29,656 bases of DNA from Candidatus Poseidoniaceae archaeon (GCA_965662895.1 CBFIJH010000018.1:1-29656), one strand, 5' to 3'; positions 17,113 through 26,481 are shown, numbered from the stretch's first letter. The notes: generated from the letters alone by a model not told the origin. Numbers and translations are program-made.

Positions 17113-17934
17113 TTGTGCGAGTCGGTCTGGGAAATGGCCAAGGGCAAAAGCGACGAGTTCGGCCAAATGGATAACGGGAACAGATGTATCCTTACGTGTG
17201 ACCTTCCCGGCTTTGACTTGATACGAATCAAGATTTGCGTGTGAAATGGTGCAAGCACTCACAACGAGTTGTGCACCGTTTGCCTTGGCTTCAGAGAGAA
17301 CCGAAGCAGTCATTCGCAATGCTGTCTTCTCATTGGTCAGTAGGCTTGGGGATCCCACGCTTTGACATCGTGCATCATACGCAACCGGTGTTCCACCAAG
17401 AGCGGTAATCAAATCTTCGAGATAATGCGGGTCGAAAGGATCGTCTTCGCCGCAGAATCCTTCTCGTTGCATGTAGGGCCCATAGTATGCAGCGACCTTC
17501 ATGTTGAGTGGATTCAAAACTGCAGCCTTGACCTTGTCAAGACCAATCTCTTCGACAAGAAGATGCAAGAGGTGGCGAGATTTTGCTTCTCCAGAATATT
17601 CGATTTTGGAGGTACGTGCGATGAGATTGTTGAGTTGGGAGGCCAAGACCGAATTCGATTCCATGGTTGTTGCCGTATCGCAGTGAATGCTGTGCGAGGT
17701 CGCACACGAGGTCATGATGTCCAAACCTTTCTGTTCTGCAAGGGCAAGGTTTCTCGCTGCGAGCGCATGTTGCAAACGTGGCGAGGCTTGGCGTATGATG
17801 TTTCCACCGTCCGATGTCGCCTTCGGTAATTCAACAAGGTCAATACCGAGTGTTTTGCAGAGCGGTTGAATGCAATCCTCAACTTCCATCATTGCTCCTC
17901 GAGCGACGTTTCCGGGGTAGTATGCTACTTTCAT
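17080..17934 (-). CDS. HdrB / SdhE-like (CCG-domain family) protein with degenerate cysteine motifs
   Basis: KVAYYPG, LGIDLVEL, ARNLALAEQKG, HLLHLL.EEIG, KVAAYYG, LEDLITALGG, AQLVVSAC..HANLD, PVIHLAELVAFALG; both CCG motifs replaced (SDG, SVG). Confidence 0.85.
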   Translation of the reverse strand: MKVAYYPGNVARGAMMEVEDCIQPLCKTLGIDLVELPKATSDGGNIIRQASPRLQHALAARNLALAEQKGLDIMTSCATSHSIHCDTATTMESNSVLASQLNNLIARTSKIEYSGEAKSRHLLHLLVEEIGLDKVKAAVLNPLNMKVAAYYGPYMQREGFCGEDDPFDPHYLEDLITALGGTPVAYDARCQSVGSPSLLTNEKTALRMTASVLSEAKANGAQLVVSACTISHANLDSYQVKAGKVTRKDTSVPVIHLAELVAFALGHFPDRLAQLRTRAMIIGG

Positions 17935-17943
17935 CAGAACACC

Positions 17944-19908
17944 TCAGAATCGCTGATCGAGTTCGTTAAAGAGGCTAACCACTTCATGATGCCCTTCGAC
18001 TTTCCCATTGAACATGTTTGGGATTTTTCCAACACCTGCAGGTGGGAGGAGAAGCGCTTGCAAACTGCGAATCGGCGGACCTCCTGTTCGAGTAAATCCG
18101 AGCATCATTCGAGCAGATACACCGGAAAAGACGTTGGAGATAAGGCCAAGCGGGCCCAGAACTTGACGGTAGAGAGTGGTTTCATTGAGTTTACCGGACC
18201 ACTTGACGGAGCGACCGTACCACTTGACAAGACGTCCGTGCCGTCCAGCGTTCTTGTACTCGCTTAACAAACGACTTCGGGCGTCGTTGAGCGTGTTGGC
18301 AATCAACGCACCGGTGGCGCCTTGGCGAGCAATGGAAGCAGAGTCAGCTTCGTTCCAAATTCCACCCTTATCTTGCAGTGTAGCAAGAAGTTGGCTGCGA
18401 TGCTTATCGGAAGTGCGTGGGTCATTAATTCGGACCCATCGTTGCAGATGGAGCCCTGGTCCTTCGTAATCAGGGTCAAAATCGACGGTATCCGACATAC
18501 CGTGTGCGAGCAGGTGACTTGAAACTGCATTCATTTGATAGAGCGACAACGCAGTCTCAGAAGCGAGAGTTCCAACAGCTTGGCCACTGATGAGGCGCTC
18601 ACCTTCGCGTGGGTCCGCCTGCATCCATGGTTTCGCTTTGCTTCGATTTTCTTCGAACTTCCGTGTATCGACGATCAAATCTCGAATGACAGGATACCCA
18701 GGAAGTGGCTCAACCTTGAGTCGGCCGTTTGAGACAAGTTCGCCCACTCGGGACGTGTCGGAGAGAACGACGCGCCCGTTAACACGAACACCGGTTGTTG
18801 CTGTTCCTCCAGCAACACCACGTCGGAAAGCAAAACTTCCATCAACATCACGCTGGAACGTCATCAACAGATCTTCGAGAGATGCAGATGCTGGAACCGC
18901 CGTCGCAACAACGTCCCATCCACGTTCACCTTGAGAGGGACAGTATCGGAACAATTCCAACTCGATTTGGATTTCAGATGCATCGATGAGACCCGGTGCA
19001 AAATCACCTTCGACAATGTCGTCATCGTCGGAGGTTCCGTACGCTTTCATCTCCTCGACAAGTTCTAGCTGTAGTGTACCTGAATCATCGACGCATGCGA
19101 TGCGAGGAAGGGCTTCTTGCACCCACTCGACAAACGGAGGCTCGTAATCAACATCGCAAAGTTTGATTTCTTGAACACTGGAAGCCCCAAGACTGGAAAG
19201 TTTGTCGTCCCAGTCAAGTCCAGCCTTGCAGAACTCATCGTAGGATGTATCGCCAATCGCACAAACGGAGTAGTGCATGGCCGAGAGCGCAGGTGCACCG
19301 GACTGGACAGATTGCCACAATTCTTCTGCATTGTCAGGCATTTCTCCTTCACCCCAAGTCGACGTAATCACGAGCAAACGCTTGATGTTCGCAAGGTTTG
19401 CCTTATCGTATCCATCCATATCGACAACCTTTGCCTCCAAGCCATAGTTTGTTGCCATTTTTGCTGTTTTCTCAGCAAGGCCTGCTGCGTTTCCTGTTTG
19501 GGAACCGAAGAGAATGGTCAACGAACGGTCACCGCCCATGAGTGCAGTGAGTTCCTCGGATGCTGAACCTCCAACGGCTACGGCTGTAGGAGCTGCCTCG
19601 ACGGCGACTTCCGCTGCAGGTGCCTCAGCAACAACTTCTGTTTCGGCTCCATCCGAAACAAGTTCGAATTTGATGACTTCGACAGGACAGGCCTCGGCAG
19701 CCTCGAGGATAATATCAGCGTATTGCGTGCCAAAATCGCCTGAGAGCGGACTCATTCCTTCGTTCCGATCAAATCCTCCATCCACTCGAACTGCGGCCAA
19801 AATTTGGGATGTTTCATCGGTTACTTCAAACACTTCTGGTGCAATGTCTTGACATGCATCGCACGTGATGCAATCTTCGTCAATCCATACCTTTGCTACG
19901 ACTGTCAT
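17944..19908 (-). CDS. fusion: monocluster ferredoxin + flavodoxin + SdhB/FrdB-like domain lacking Fe-S cysteines
   Basis: aa13-74 CITCDAC...ACP; aa128-270 ILFGSQTGNA, TSTWGEGEMPDNA, GDTSYDEFC; aa313-654 FRY, DGSFAFRR, VNG, VEPLPGYPVIRDLIVD, YEGP, DPR; SD GGAGGT. Confidence 0.85.
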   Translation of the reverse strand: MTVVAKVWIDEDCITCDACQDIAPEVFEVTDETSQILAAVRVDGGFDRNEGMSPLSGDFGTQYADIILEAAEACPVEVIKFELVSDGAETEVVAEAPAAEVAVEAAPTAVAVGGSASEELTALMGGDRSLTILFGSQTGNAAGLAEKTAKMATNYGLEAKVVDMDGYDKANLANIKRLLVITSTWGEGEMPDNAEELWQSVQSGAPALSAMHYSVCAIGDTSYDEFCKAGLDWDDKLSSLGASSVQEIKLCDVDYEPPFVEWVQEALPRIACVDDSGTLQLELVEEMKAYGTSDDDDIVEGDFAPGLIDASEIQIELELFRYCPSQGERGWDVVATAVPASASLEDLLMTFQRDVDGSFAFRRGVAGGTATTGVRVNGRVVLSDTSRVGELVSNGRLKVEPLPGYPVIRDLIVDTRKFEENRSKAKPWMQADPREGERLISGQAVGTLASETALSLYQMNAVSSHLLAHGMSDTVDFDPDYEGPGLHLQRWVRINDPRTSDKHRSQLLATLQDKGGIWNEADSASIARQGATGALIANTLNDARSRLLSEYKNAGRHGRLVKWYGRSVKWSGKLNETTLYRQVLGPLGLISNVFSGVSARMMLGFTRTGGPPIRSLQALLLPPAGVGKIPNMFNGKVEGHHEVVSLFNELDQRF

Positions 19909-19925
19909 TTCATGACCTCCAAAGC

Positions 19926-19940
19926 GTCCGCTTCGCGGAC
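19926..19940 (-). promoter_or_regulatory. hairpin immediately 5' of the SD of the ferredoxin-flavodoxin fusion gene
   Basis: Minus strand GTCCGC-GAA-GCGGAC, a perfect 6-bp stem ending a few nt before GGAGGT. Confidence 0.35.
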
Positions 19941-20018
19941 AATTTTGCCACCAAACATCGGCCTTTCAACCTTGCCACGTAACCGTGGCCCGTTTTGTTA
20001 TGTTTTTTCCGAGAGTCA

Positions 20019-21641
20019 TCACATATGGAAGTCGTCTTCACCGCCGAATCCGTCTGCCATGCTCACTCCTTTTGAGGAGATGACATCATCGATACGGAGA
20101 ATCATAATCGCCGTCTCCGTTGCGGATTGAATCGCCTGCTCGACAACTCGGAGTGGTTCGAGAACATTCGCAGCCTGCATATCGACAACGCCACCTTCGT
20201 AGACGTTGATTCCAGCATGCGATGAACCATCAGCGTGCGCCTTTCGAAGTTCGATGATTGTCGTAACGGGATCCAATCCGGCGTTCTCCGCAAGGGTACG
20301 AGGAATGATTTCAAGAGCGGATGCAAAAGCCTCAATCGCCATTTGTTCACGACCGCCGATGGTTTCAGCATACGTCCTCAAATCTCGGCTGAGGGCTCCA
20401 AGAACGCTACCTCCGCCTGTAAGGACTGCACCGTCTTCCCAGGCGACGGAAACGACACCAACAGCATCGTCGAATGCCCGACGAATCTCATCGACGACGT
20501 GTTCGGTTCCACCTCGCAAGAGAACTGAAACCGATTTTGCCTCTGGACAGCCGGTGATAAAGGTCATATCGCTTTCGCCAATCTTGCGTTCTTCGACTCG
20601 GGCTGCTTGACCAAGATCTTCGGGTGCAAGGTCGTCCATATTGGTGATTATCCGGCCTCCCGTGGCCTTTGAAAGGGCTTCCATATCCGATTTTTTGGCA
20701 CGGCGAATCGCAAAAACACCGGCTTTGCTCAAGTAGTGCTGAGCAAGTTCGTCAATTCCTTTCTGACAGACCAAGACATTTGCACCAGATTGTGTGATTT
20801 TGTCAACCAGGCCTCGAATGTAGTTTTCTTCCTCTGCAAGGAAGGAGGCGAGTTGGTTTGGATCGGTAATCTGAATCTTTGCGTCAACCTCTGTCTTCTT
20901 GACTTCAATTGCTGAATTGATGAGGGCAATTTTTGCATCGTTGATGCTTCGAGGCATACCTGCATGAACGCGCTCTTTGTCCAACAGAATACCGTCGATG
21001 AGAGAGGAATCTTTGATTGAGCCTCCTTGGCGCTTTTCGACCTTGATGTCGCTCAAGTCGACAATTCGCTCGCCGTCATCAACCACTCCAACAGCGTTCA
21101 CTGCTCGTACACAAATATCTGCCATGAAGGCCTTAACGGCTCCTGCAGATTTTCCAGTCAGGGAAGTTTTCGCAACTTCAAGCAAAACATCATCGTTGCC
21201 GTCGGTTGAGATTCCGTGTCCTTCAAGGAGAGAGATTGCCTTTTCAGCAGCCAATCGGAATCCTTCGCAGATGACGGTCGGGTGAACATTTTGTTCAATC
21301 AAATCTTCTGAGCGCTTGAGGAGTTCTCCTGACAAAACGACCGCTGATGTCGTTCCATCGTAGCAGTGTTGTTCTTGCGTCTTGGCGACTTCGATGATCA
21401 TTTTCGCAGCTGGATGTTCAATGTCCATTTCCTTGAGGATGGTCGCTCCATCGTTGGTAATCACAACATCGCCCATCGAATCGACAAGCATTTTGTCCAT
21501 TCCTTTTGGCCCGAGTGTGGAGCGTACAGAGTCTGCAACTGCCTTCGCAGCAGCAATGTTGTTCGATTGAGCGCTACGACCCCGAGTTCGTTGTGTTCCT
21601 TCTTTGAGAATGAAGATTGGTGCTTGTCCGTTTCCATACAT
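20019..21641 (-). CDS. ths: thermosome (group II chaperonin) subunit
   Basis: [70 protein letters not shown]; start at MYGNG after SD AGGTG. Confidence 0.97.
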   Translation of the reverse strand: MYGNGQAPIFILKEGTQRTRGRSAQSNNIAAAKAVADSVRSTLGPKGMDKMLVDSMGDVVITNDGATILKEMDIEHPAAKMIIEVAKTQEQHCYDGTTSAVVLSGELLKRSEDLIEQNVHPTVICEGFRLAAEKAISLLEGHGISTDGNDDVLLEVAKTSLTGKSAGAVKAFMADICVRAVNAVGVVDDGERIVDLSDIKVEKRQGGSIKDSSLIDGILLDKERVHAGMPRSINDAKIALINSAIEVKKTEVDAKIQITDPNQLASFLAEEENYIRGLVDKITQSGANVLVCQKGIDELAQHYLSKAGVFAIRRAKKSDMEALSKATGGRIITNMDDLAPEDLGQAARVEERKIGESDMTFITGCPEAKSVSVLLRGGTEHVVDEIRRAFDDAVGVVSVAWEDGAVLTGGGSVLGALSRDLRTYAETIGGREQMAIEAFASALEIIPRTLAENAGLDPVTTIIELRKAHADGSSHAGINVYEGGVVDMQAANVLEPLRVVEQAIQSATETAIMILRIDDVISSKGVSMADGFGGEDDFHM

Positions 21642-21701
21642 GTGAATCACCTTCTGTTGATGGCGAGGTGCTGAGGGTCTTGAACCCTACGACTGACCAA
21701 T

Positions 21702-24700
21702 TTACAACTGACCGTCGAGATATTGTTGACCATAGTGCTCCCATTGCTCCATAGTCCAACCATCCGGAAGTCCTCCTTGTGGAAGAGGAGGTCCTGCCGA
21801 TGGCGGCGCTGCAACGGGCGGAGGCGCACTATCTGGAACCGATGCGGTTTCAGGGCTCGGCGGCGCAGCCATTGGAACCGTCGGCGCTGCTGCGACTGCT
21901 CCATATGTTGCCGATAATGAATCCTGATACATCATCTCATCCCAATCGTCAAGCTCGTCATCTTTCTCAATCGTTGTGAGAATCTTAAACGTGATAAATC
22001 CAAGAACGCCAACCACAATCAAGAAACCGGACCAAAGCACAATGTTCTTGACAAGTTCAGAGTTTTCTTCTGAGGAAGATCCTTCACCGTCTCCAGTCGC
22101 TGCGGATTGTTTCTGTAAGACTACAGTGAGTTGTGCCGTCGGCGAGTCCGCTACGGTCTCGGATGTTGCGTAGATGGTGAAGTTCACAGTCAGTGTGTCC
22201 GATGGAAGGTTGAGAAGCGTTGCTTCGCCGACTTCGACTTCGACCGTAATTGTTCGAGACACATCGGATTCAAGGAGGAACCTTCGATCGTCATCATCGA
22301 TTTTCAAACTGATGTACCTTGACCAGTCGCCATCAACCTTGTCGATGGAAATGGTTTGAGTTGGCGAAACCAATGGATTGAGTCTGTTCTTCACTTCAAT
22401 TTCCATCTCGTAAATGAAATTCGCCTCATCGATTGATATCGGTGATGGTGGCGTCAAATCAATCGTACCTTGTCGACCGACGAGATAGGTTGCTTCACCC
22501 GTGTCGGAAATTGTTGGGTCATTGACAGATGTAGCGGTCAACCCAAGGGTCCTCGAGCCATCAGAGTTCGCAAGGAATCGGAAACGAACCTTCGCTTCCC
22601 ATGATTCGCCCGATGCGATGACTGGAGTCGTTGCGATTCCACCAACAGGGACAGGGTCGATGAGTTCTGCCTCCATTCCTTCTGGTATGTCGAGCGTGAT
22701 GGTAAACCGATCGTCTTCGTTTCCGTAATTGGTAATTTCAAACGAACGATCTGTTGTGTCTGGAGAACCTGGCAAGAAGGACTGATCAGACGATTCGTCC
22801 GACACACCCACGGCGGCGGTATCAAGAATTTCGACGTTTATTCTATAGGAGACAGACACGGAAGAATCATCCACATTCGTTGCAATGACATCGACATAAT
22901 ACGGAGCAGGCGAGAGCCCAATTGGCATTGGAAGCGTCAGAATTAATGTTGTTTCACCGTCCCATGCATCCAGTATTGCTGTTGTTTCGCCAGCGAGTTC
23001 TGCACCAAGCAGGAATTTGTGAGGACCGCCGAGAGACAATGCGTATTGCTCATCATCGTTGCCGAGATTGAGCAGTGTGAGATAAACGGTCTCGGTTACA
23101 CCATCAGCTGCACTCTGGAGGGTATTTTCATCTGTGGAAATTGTCGCTTGGCGAAGGATTGGAACCTCGATGTTGCGCCCAAGTATATCGGCACCGAACA
23201 ACGATGTCCCACAAGACGGGCAGGTTGCGCGCAAGTTGAACGAAACAACACCCGGTGTCCCAAGGCTATCAGCTGTAACATTCAGGAAAAGGTTCGTCAC
23301 TTCGGCTTTACCAAGGATGATTGGGTTCGGTACAACGACACCCGTTTCGTTTTCAACAACGGCACTCCAACCCTCCTCAGAGAATGTTGGAACTAGGTTG
23401 TACGAAGCATCACGGTTGCCTACATTTTGCAATCTGAACGGGATTGTTCCAGATTCTCCAGGCAACAATGTATCTGCGAGCAAAGGTGCTTGTGATGTCA
23501 GCGAAACACCGAATTGTTCAGTAACGGCAAGATTCATCGACACACGGCCTTTCTCCCCAGAATTTGTTCCACCACTATCCCGGAACCAAACCTGCCACGT
23601 TTGCTGTTGGACGTCTGCACCTGCAGGAATGCTGAGGTTAACGTAAACTTCTGTTGTTTCTCCCGCACCAAGACCTTGAATAATGACCGGAGAAAAGAAA
23701 TCGTTCGGGTTTGTCGTTTCAATTCGAATCGATGGGAAGGCAGGATCCATCCACGTCAAGTTCGTAACGTTGGAATAGACTGAAATCGTTGCACTGGAAT
23801 AACCATTGTTGGTGACCAAACAGCGTAGAGCAACGGTATTCGAAGGCGGCGATGAGTATCCACCCTCGGGATTGTCGCAATCGATGTTGAGCGTGAAATC
23901 GCTTACCTTCGAAACCCCGAACTGGATGAAGTCGTCAACGTGCATGCCCTCAGATGCTCCGCTACTGTCGGAATGGAAGAGAAGCCCCATTGAGTAGGAG
24001 TTGCCTCCTAAGAACAAATCAGGGTTTGCTAATCCTGGAATTTGAGCCCAATCAACTTGTGGATCCCAAGATACGTTGGTCCATTGTCCTGATGCCGGAC
24101 TCGGCGCACCGTTTGAAAAGTTCCACACAAGCGATTCCATTTTGTTGTTGTAGTTTCCAGACCCGCGCCAGAATTCAAATCCTACGTTGTCTCCAGCAGA
24201 GGTTGAACCCCACGTTTGTGCATAGAGCTGTGTTGAAATGAATTCTCCTGCAAAAAATGTCTTCCTGCATCGCCATGCTTGGTATGCCTGAGACATTCCT
24301 GGATCGAGTTGACCAGTTGGTCCACATTGCTGAGATGTCGAGTAATACGCATGAACAAGGCGGTCGTGAGCATTCGAGGGATATTCAGCACCCGGGTTGG
24401 AATGACGCCAATGGCTGACCCCTTCTGGACCACCGTTGTCCTCTCGCCAGCTTCCAATTGCGGTAGCATCTCCACCTGATGCAGGGTATCGTGCTGGAAT
24501 AAATGTCGGAGAGTTCTCGTTGGATACTTTCGTTCCATCAAATGCATCCTTCATGATGGCAACGGGAACTGTCTGTTCCATTACGTCGTTTCCATTGATG
24601 TCGTCGTTCGCATAGAGAACGCTAGCACGTACAATCAGACCTCCATGGAGGTCGTTGGTCGTTGTATTGAGAATGGAGTGAGCGATGAGTGGCGTCCACA

Positions 24701-25082
24701 CGTACGACCCCTCATTTTGCTGACCACCTAAAAGATCGGGGGTTGTGAAATTTGAGGATTCAATGACGTATCCAATCGGATGGACGATTTCGATGAGGAC
24801 AAGTGCCGATTTACCTGTAAGAGAATTGCCTCCCAATTGTACCTGAACCTTTACTTCAATCTCTTGACCCATGACCAAGTAGTCCACTGTGGATTGATCG
24901 GATTGAACCCATGTGTACGCAGAATCGGTTGCATTTCCAAGCGTGATTTTCTTGACGAAGAAATCGTCGTTGTTTCCTCCGCGACCAGATGCCGCTTCAG
25001 CTGAATCCATAACAAGCAAAGAAGCCGTTTGGAAGACCATGAGTGCAATCAAAAGCATGGGGATACTACGTCGCATTGGCAT
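21702..25082 (-). CDS. large secreted, membrane-anchored surface protein with repeated Ig-like beta-sandwich modules
   Basis: Signal peptide (MRRSIPMLLIALMVFQ...AEA), repeated motifs VTNNG, LQNVGNRD, LLNLGNDD, ITNYGNED; C-terminal TM helix IVLWSGFLIVVGVLGFITF followed by acidic and Pro-rich tail; start uncertain (25076-25100). Confidence 0.8.
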   Translation of the reverse strand: MPMRRSIPMLLIALMVFQTASLLVMDSAEAASGRGGNNDDFFVKKITLGNATDSAYTWVQSDQSTVDYLVMGQEIEVKVQVQLGGNSLTGKSALVLIEIVHPIGYVIESSNFTTPDLLGGQQNEGSYVWTPLIAHSILNTTTNDLHGGLIVRASVLYANDDINGNDVMEQTVPVAIMKDAFDGTKVSNENSPTFIPARYPASGGDATAIGSWREDNGGPEGVSHWRHSNPGAEYPSNAHDRLVHAYYSTSQQCGPTGQLDPGMSQAYQAWRCRKTFFAGEFISTQLYAQTWGSTSAGDNVGFEFWRGSGNYNNKMESLVWNFSNGAPSPASGQWTNVSWDPQVDWAQIPGLANPDLFLGGNSYSMGLLFHSDSSGASEGMHVDDFIQFGVSKVSDFTLNIDCDNPEGGYSSPPSNTVALRCLVTNNGYSSATISVYSNVTNLTWMDPAFPSIRIETTNPNDFFSPVIIQGLGAGETTEVYVNLSIPAGADVQQQTWQVWFRDSGGTNSGEKGRVSMNLAVTEQFGVSLTSQAPLLADTLLPGESGTIPFRLQNVGNRDASYNLVPTFSEEGWSAVVENETGVVVPNPIILGKAEVTNLFLNVTADSLGTPGVVSFNLRATCPSCGTSLFGADILGRNIEVPILRQATISTDENTLQSAADGVTETVYLTLLNLGNDDEQYALSLGGPHKFLLGAELAGETTAILDAWDGETTLILTLPMPIGLSPAPYYVDVIATNVDDSSVSVSYRINVEILDTAAVGVSDESSDQSFLPGSPDTTDRSFEITNYGNEDDRFTITLDIPEGMEAELIDPVPVGGIATTPVIASGESWEAKVRFRFLANSDGSRTLGLTATSVNDPTISDTGEATYLVGRQGTIDLTPPSPISIDEANFIYEMEIEVKNRLNPLVSPTQTISIDKVDGDWSRYISLKIDDDDRRFLLESDVSRTITVEVEVGEATLLNLPSDTLTVNFTIYATSETVADSPTAQLTVVLQKQSAATGDGEGSSSEENSELVKNIVLWSGFLIVVGVLGFITFKILTTIEKDDELDDWDEMMYQDSLSATYGAVAAAPTVPMAAPPSPETASVPDSAPPPVAAPPSAGPPLPQGGLPDGWTMEQWEHYGQQYLDGQL

Positions 25083-25133
25083 CAACACTCGACCCAACAA
25101 CTTGCATCATATGAAGATGGCCGTTGTTTGCTC

Positions 25134-26423
25134 TCAATTTTCTTGACGATGCTCTTCCGAAAGAAGCCCTTGAATGGTGGGTTGGTCGTATGGAGGCGAT
25201 TCATCGGATTCTATCTCTAAGAGACTGTTGTCAAACGCAGGTAAATCGAGGACTCGATCTTCCTCCAAGATTGGGAGCGAGGGTGTCGATAAACTGGAGG
25301 TGGTTTCTCGAACTGCATCGACACCTGTAGGCGTTGCCGAGGCCATGGCTGAGAGACCAGTTGCCACGTCCTGTCCCTTGGAAGCGACACCTGCTGCAGC
25401 CGCAACTGCAAGCGTGGCACCTGTTGTTACTGCAGCTGTTGTTACTTTCCCTAAGAGCCCAAAGTCTGGAGAGTCTCTTCCATCAAAGCGGGAAGAGACG
25501 TCCTCGGTTTGATTCATCCAGTTAGGAGGATTGGTTGAGCCGCCCTCCAATACTGCGAGCGTGGTGAATGCTGCCAAAGGCATGACAGCCAAAGCTGTGA
25601 GAAGATCGAGGAAACTTGTCTCGGGTATGACCGCATTTCCGAGGAATGTTTGGAACAGGTTGGCCTCAAAAGTAATCGATAATTCCGCATCTTGACCCAT
25701 CCAGCCGAGAACAACCAAACTTGCAAATCGCCCCATGAGCCACAAGACAAGAACCGGAGCAAGCCACGAAAGTTTTGTCATCGAAATGAGCCATCGCCGA
25801 GTAAAGGTTGCAACCCCGATGTACTTTCGACAAAAACGAGGGTAAAGCCGCATGGCTGCGAGCAATCCGACGATGTAGAGCAGTATCGCAAGTTCAAGTC
25901 GACGATTTAAGCGCACAATGGATTCTGGAACCATCATAACGAGCGTAAGCGGAATTGTGACGAGAAGAATTTGGAACGGAACCGCAAGCAGCAACAAACC
26001 TCCATGCGTTGAAATCAACGAATTCCCGCGCATCATTCTCCGATGAACAAGCGTCGATAGCGATCCATGAGGAGAGGTTGAGAAATTGTCTCGTGCTCGA
26101 CGCAAACTCGATGCTGAACGTCCGGCCCTTGACATTCCCAGAGCAGCCATCCATCCTCCTCGTTCCACTATCCATATCGGGCGATAACCGCCCATGACCA
26201 AAGCGAGAAACAGAGCGAGCATCCCATAGCCAAGAGATGCAGCCATAATCCATGGCAACATTTCTCTTTGAACACCGATGGTAATGTTTTCTCCAGTCAT
26301 GTCCAGGTCAAGCAAATACGTAATGGAGAAAGCTGCCATTGGCGTAAGGAAAATTTGGCAGAAGACAACGATGGTCAACCAAATCCGAGCAGTCAACGGT
26401 CCACGATGGTTAACCTGCCCCAT
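25134..26423 (-). CDS. hypothetical multi-pass membrane protein
   Basis: 429-aa ORF with about 6 hydrophobic segments and a low-complexity Ala/Thr/acidic tail. Confidence 0.75.
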   Translation of the reverse strand: MGQVNHRGPLTARIWLTIVVFCQIFLTPMAAFSITYLLDLDMTGENITIGVQREMLPWIMAASLGYGMLALFLALVMGGYRPIWIVERGGWMAALGMSRAGRSASSLRRARDNFSTSPHGSLSTLVHRRMMRGNSLISTHGGLLLLAVPFQILLVTIPLTLVMMVPESIVRLNRRLELAILLYIVGLLAAMRLYPRFCRKYIGVATFTRRWLISMTKLSWLAPVLVLWLMGRFASLVVLGWMGQDAELSITFEANLFQTFLGNAVIPETSFLDLLTALAVMPLAAFTTLAVLEGGSTNPPNWMNQTEDVSSRFDGRDSPDFGLLGKVTTAAVTTGATLAVAAAAGVASKGQDVATGLSAMASATPTGVDAVRETTSSLSTPSLPILEEDRVLDLPAFDNSLLEIESDESPPYDQPTIQGLLSEEHRQEN

Positions 26424-26481
26424 GCAGCCGATGGATTGGAATGGTTAGACAAAGGTTCCCCTTGATTTGTCGGGGTCTGCA

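Noticed and set aside
17080-18972. Calling the SdhB-like and HdrB-like regions pseudogenes, or evidence of methanogenesis
   Set aside because: The ORFs are uninterrupted with good SDs and conserved scaffold residues; the missing ligands rule out canonical Hdr chemistry, and no hdrA or mcr is present in the window
21673-21690. Short inverted repeat AGGGT-N5-ACCCT upstream of the thermosome as a heat-shock operator
   Set aside because: Only 5 bp; could arise by chance
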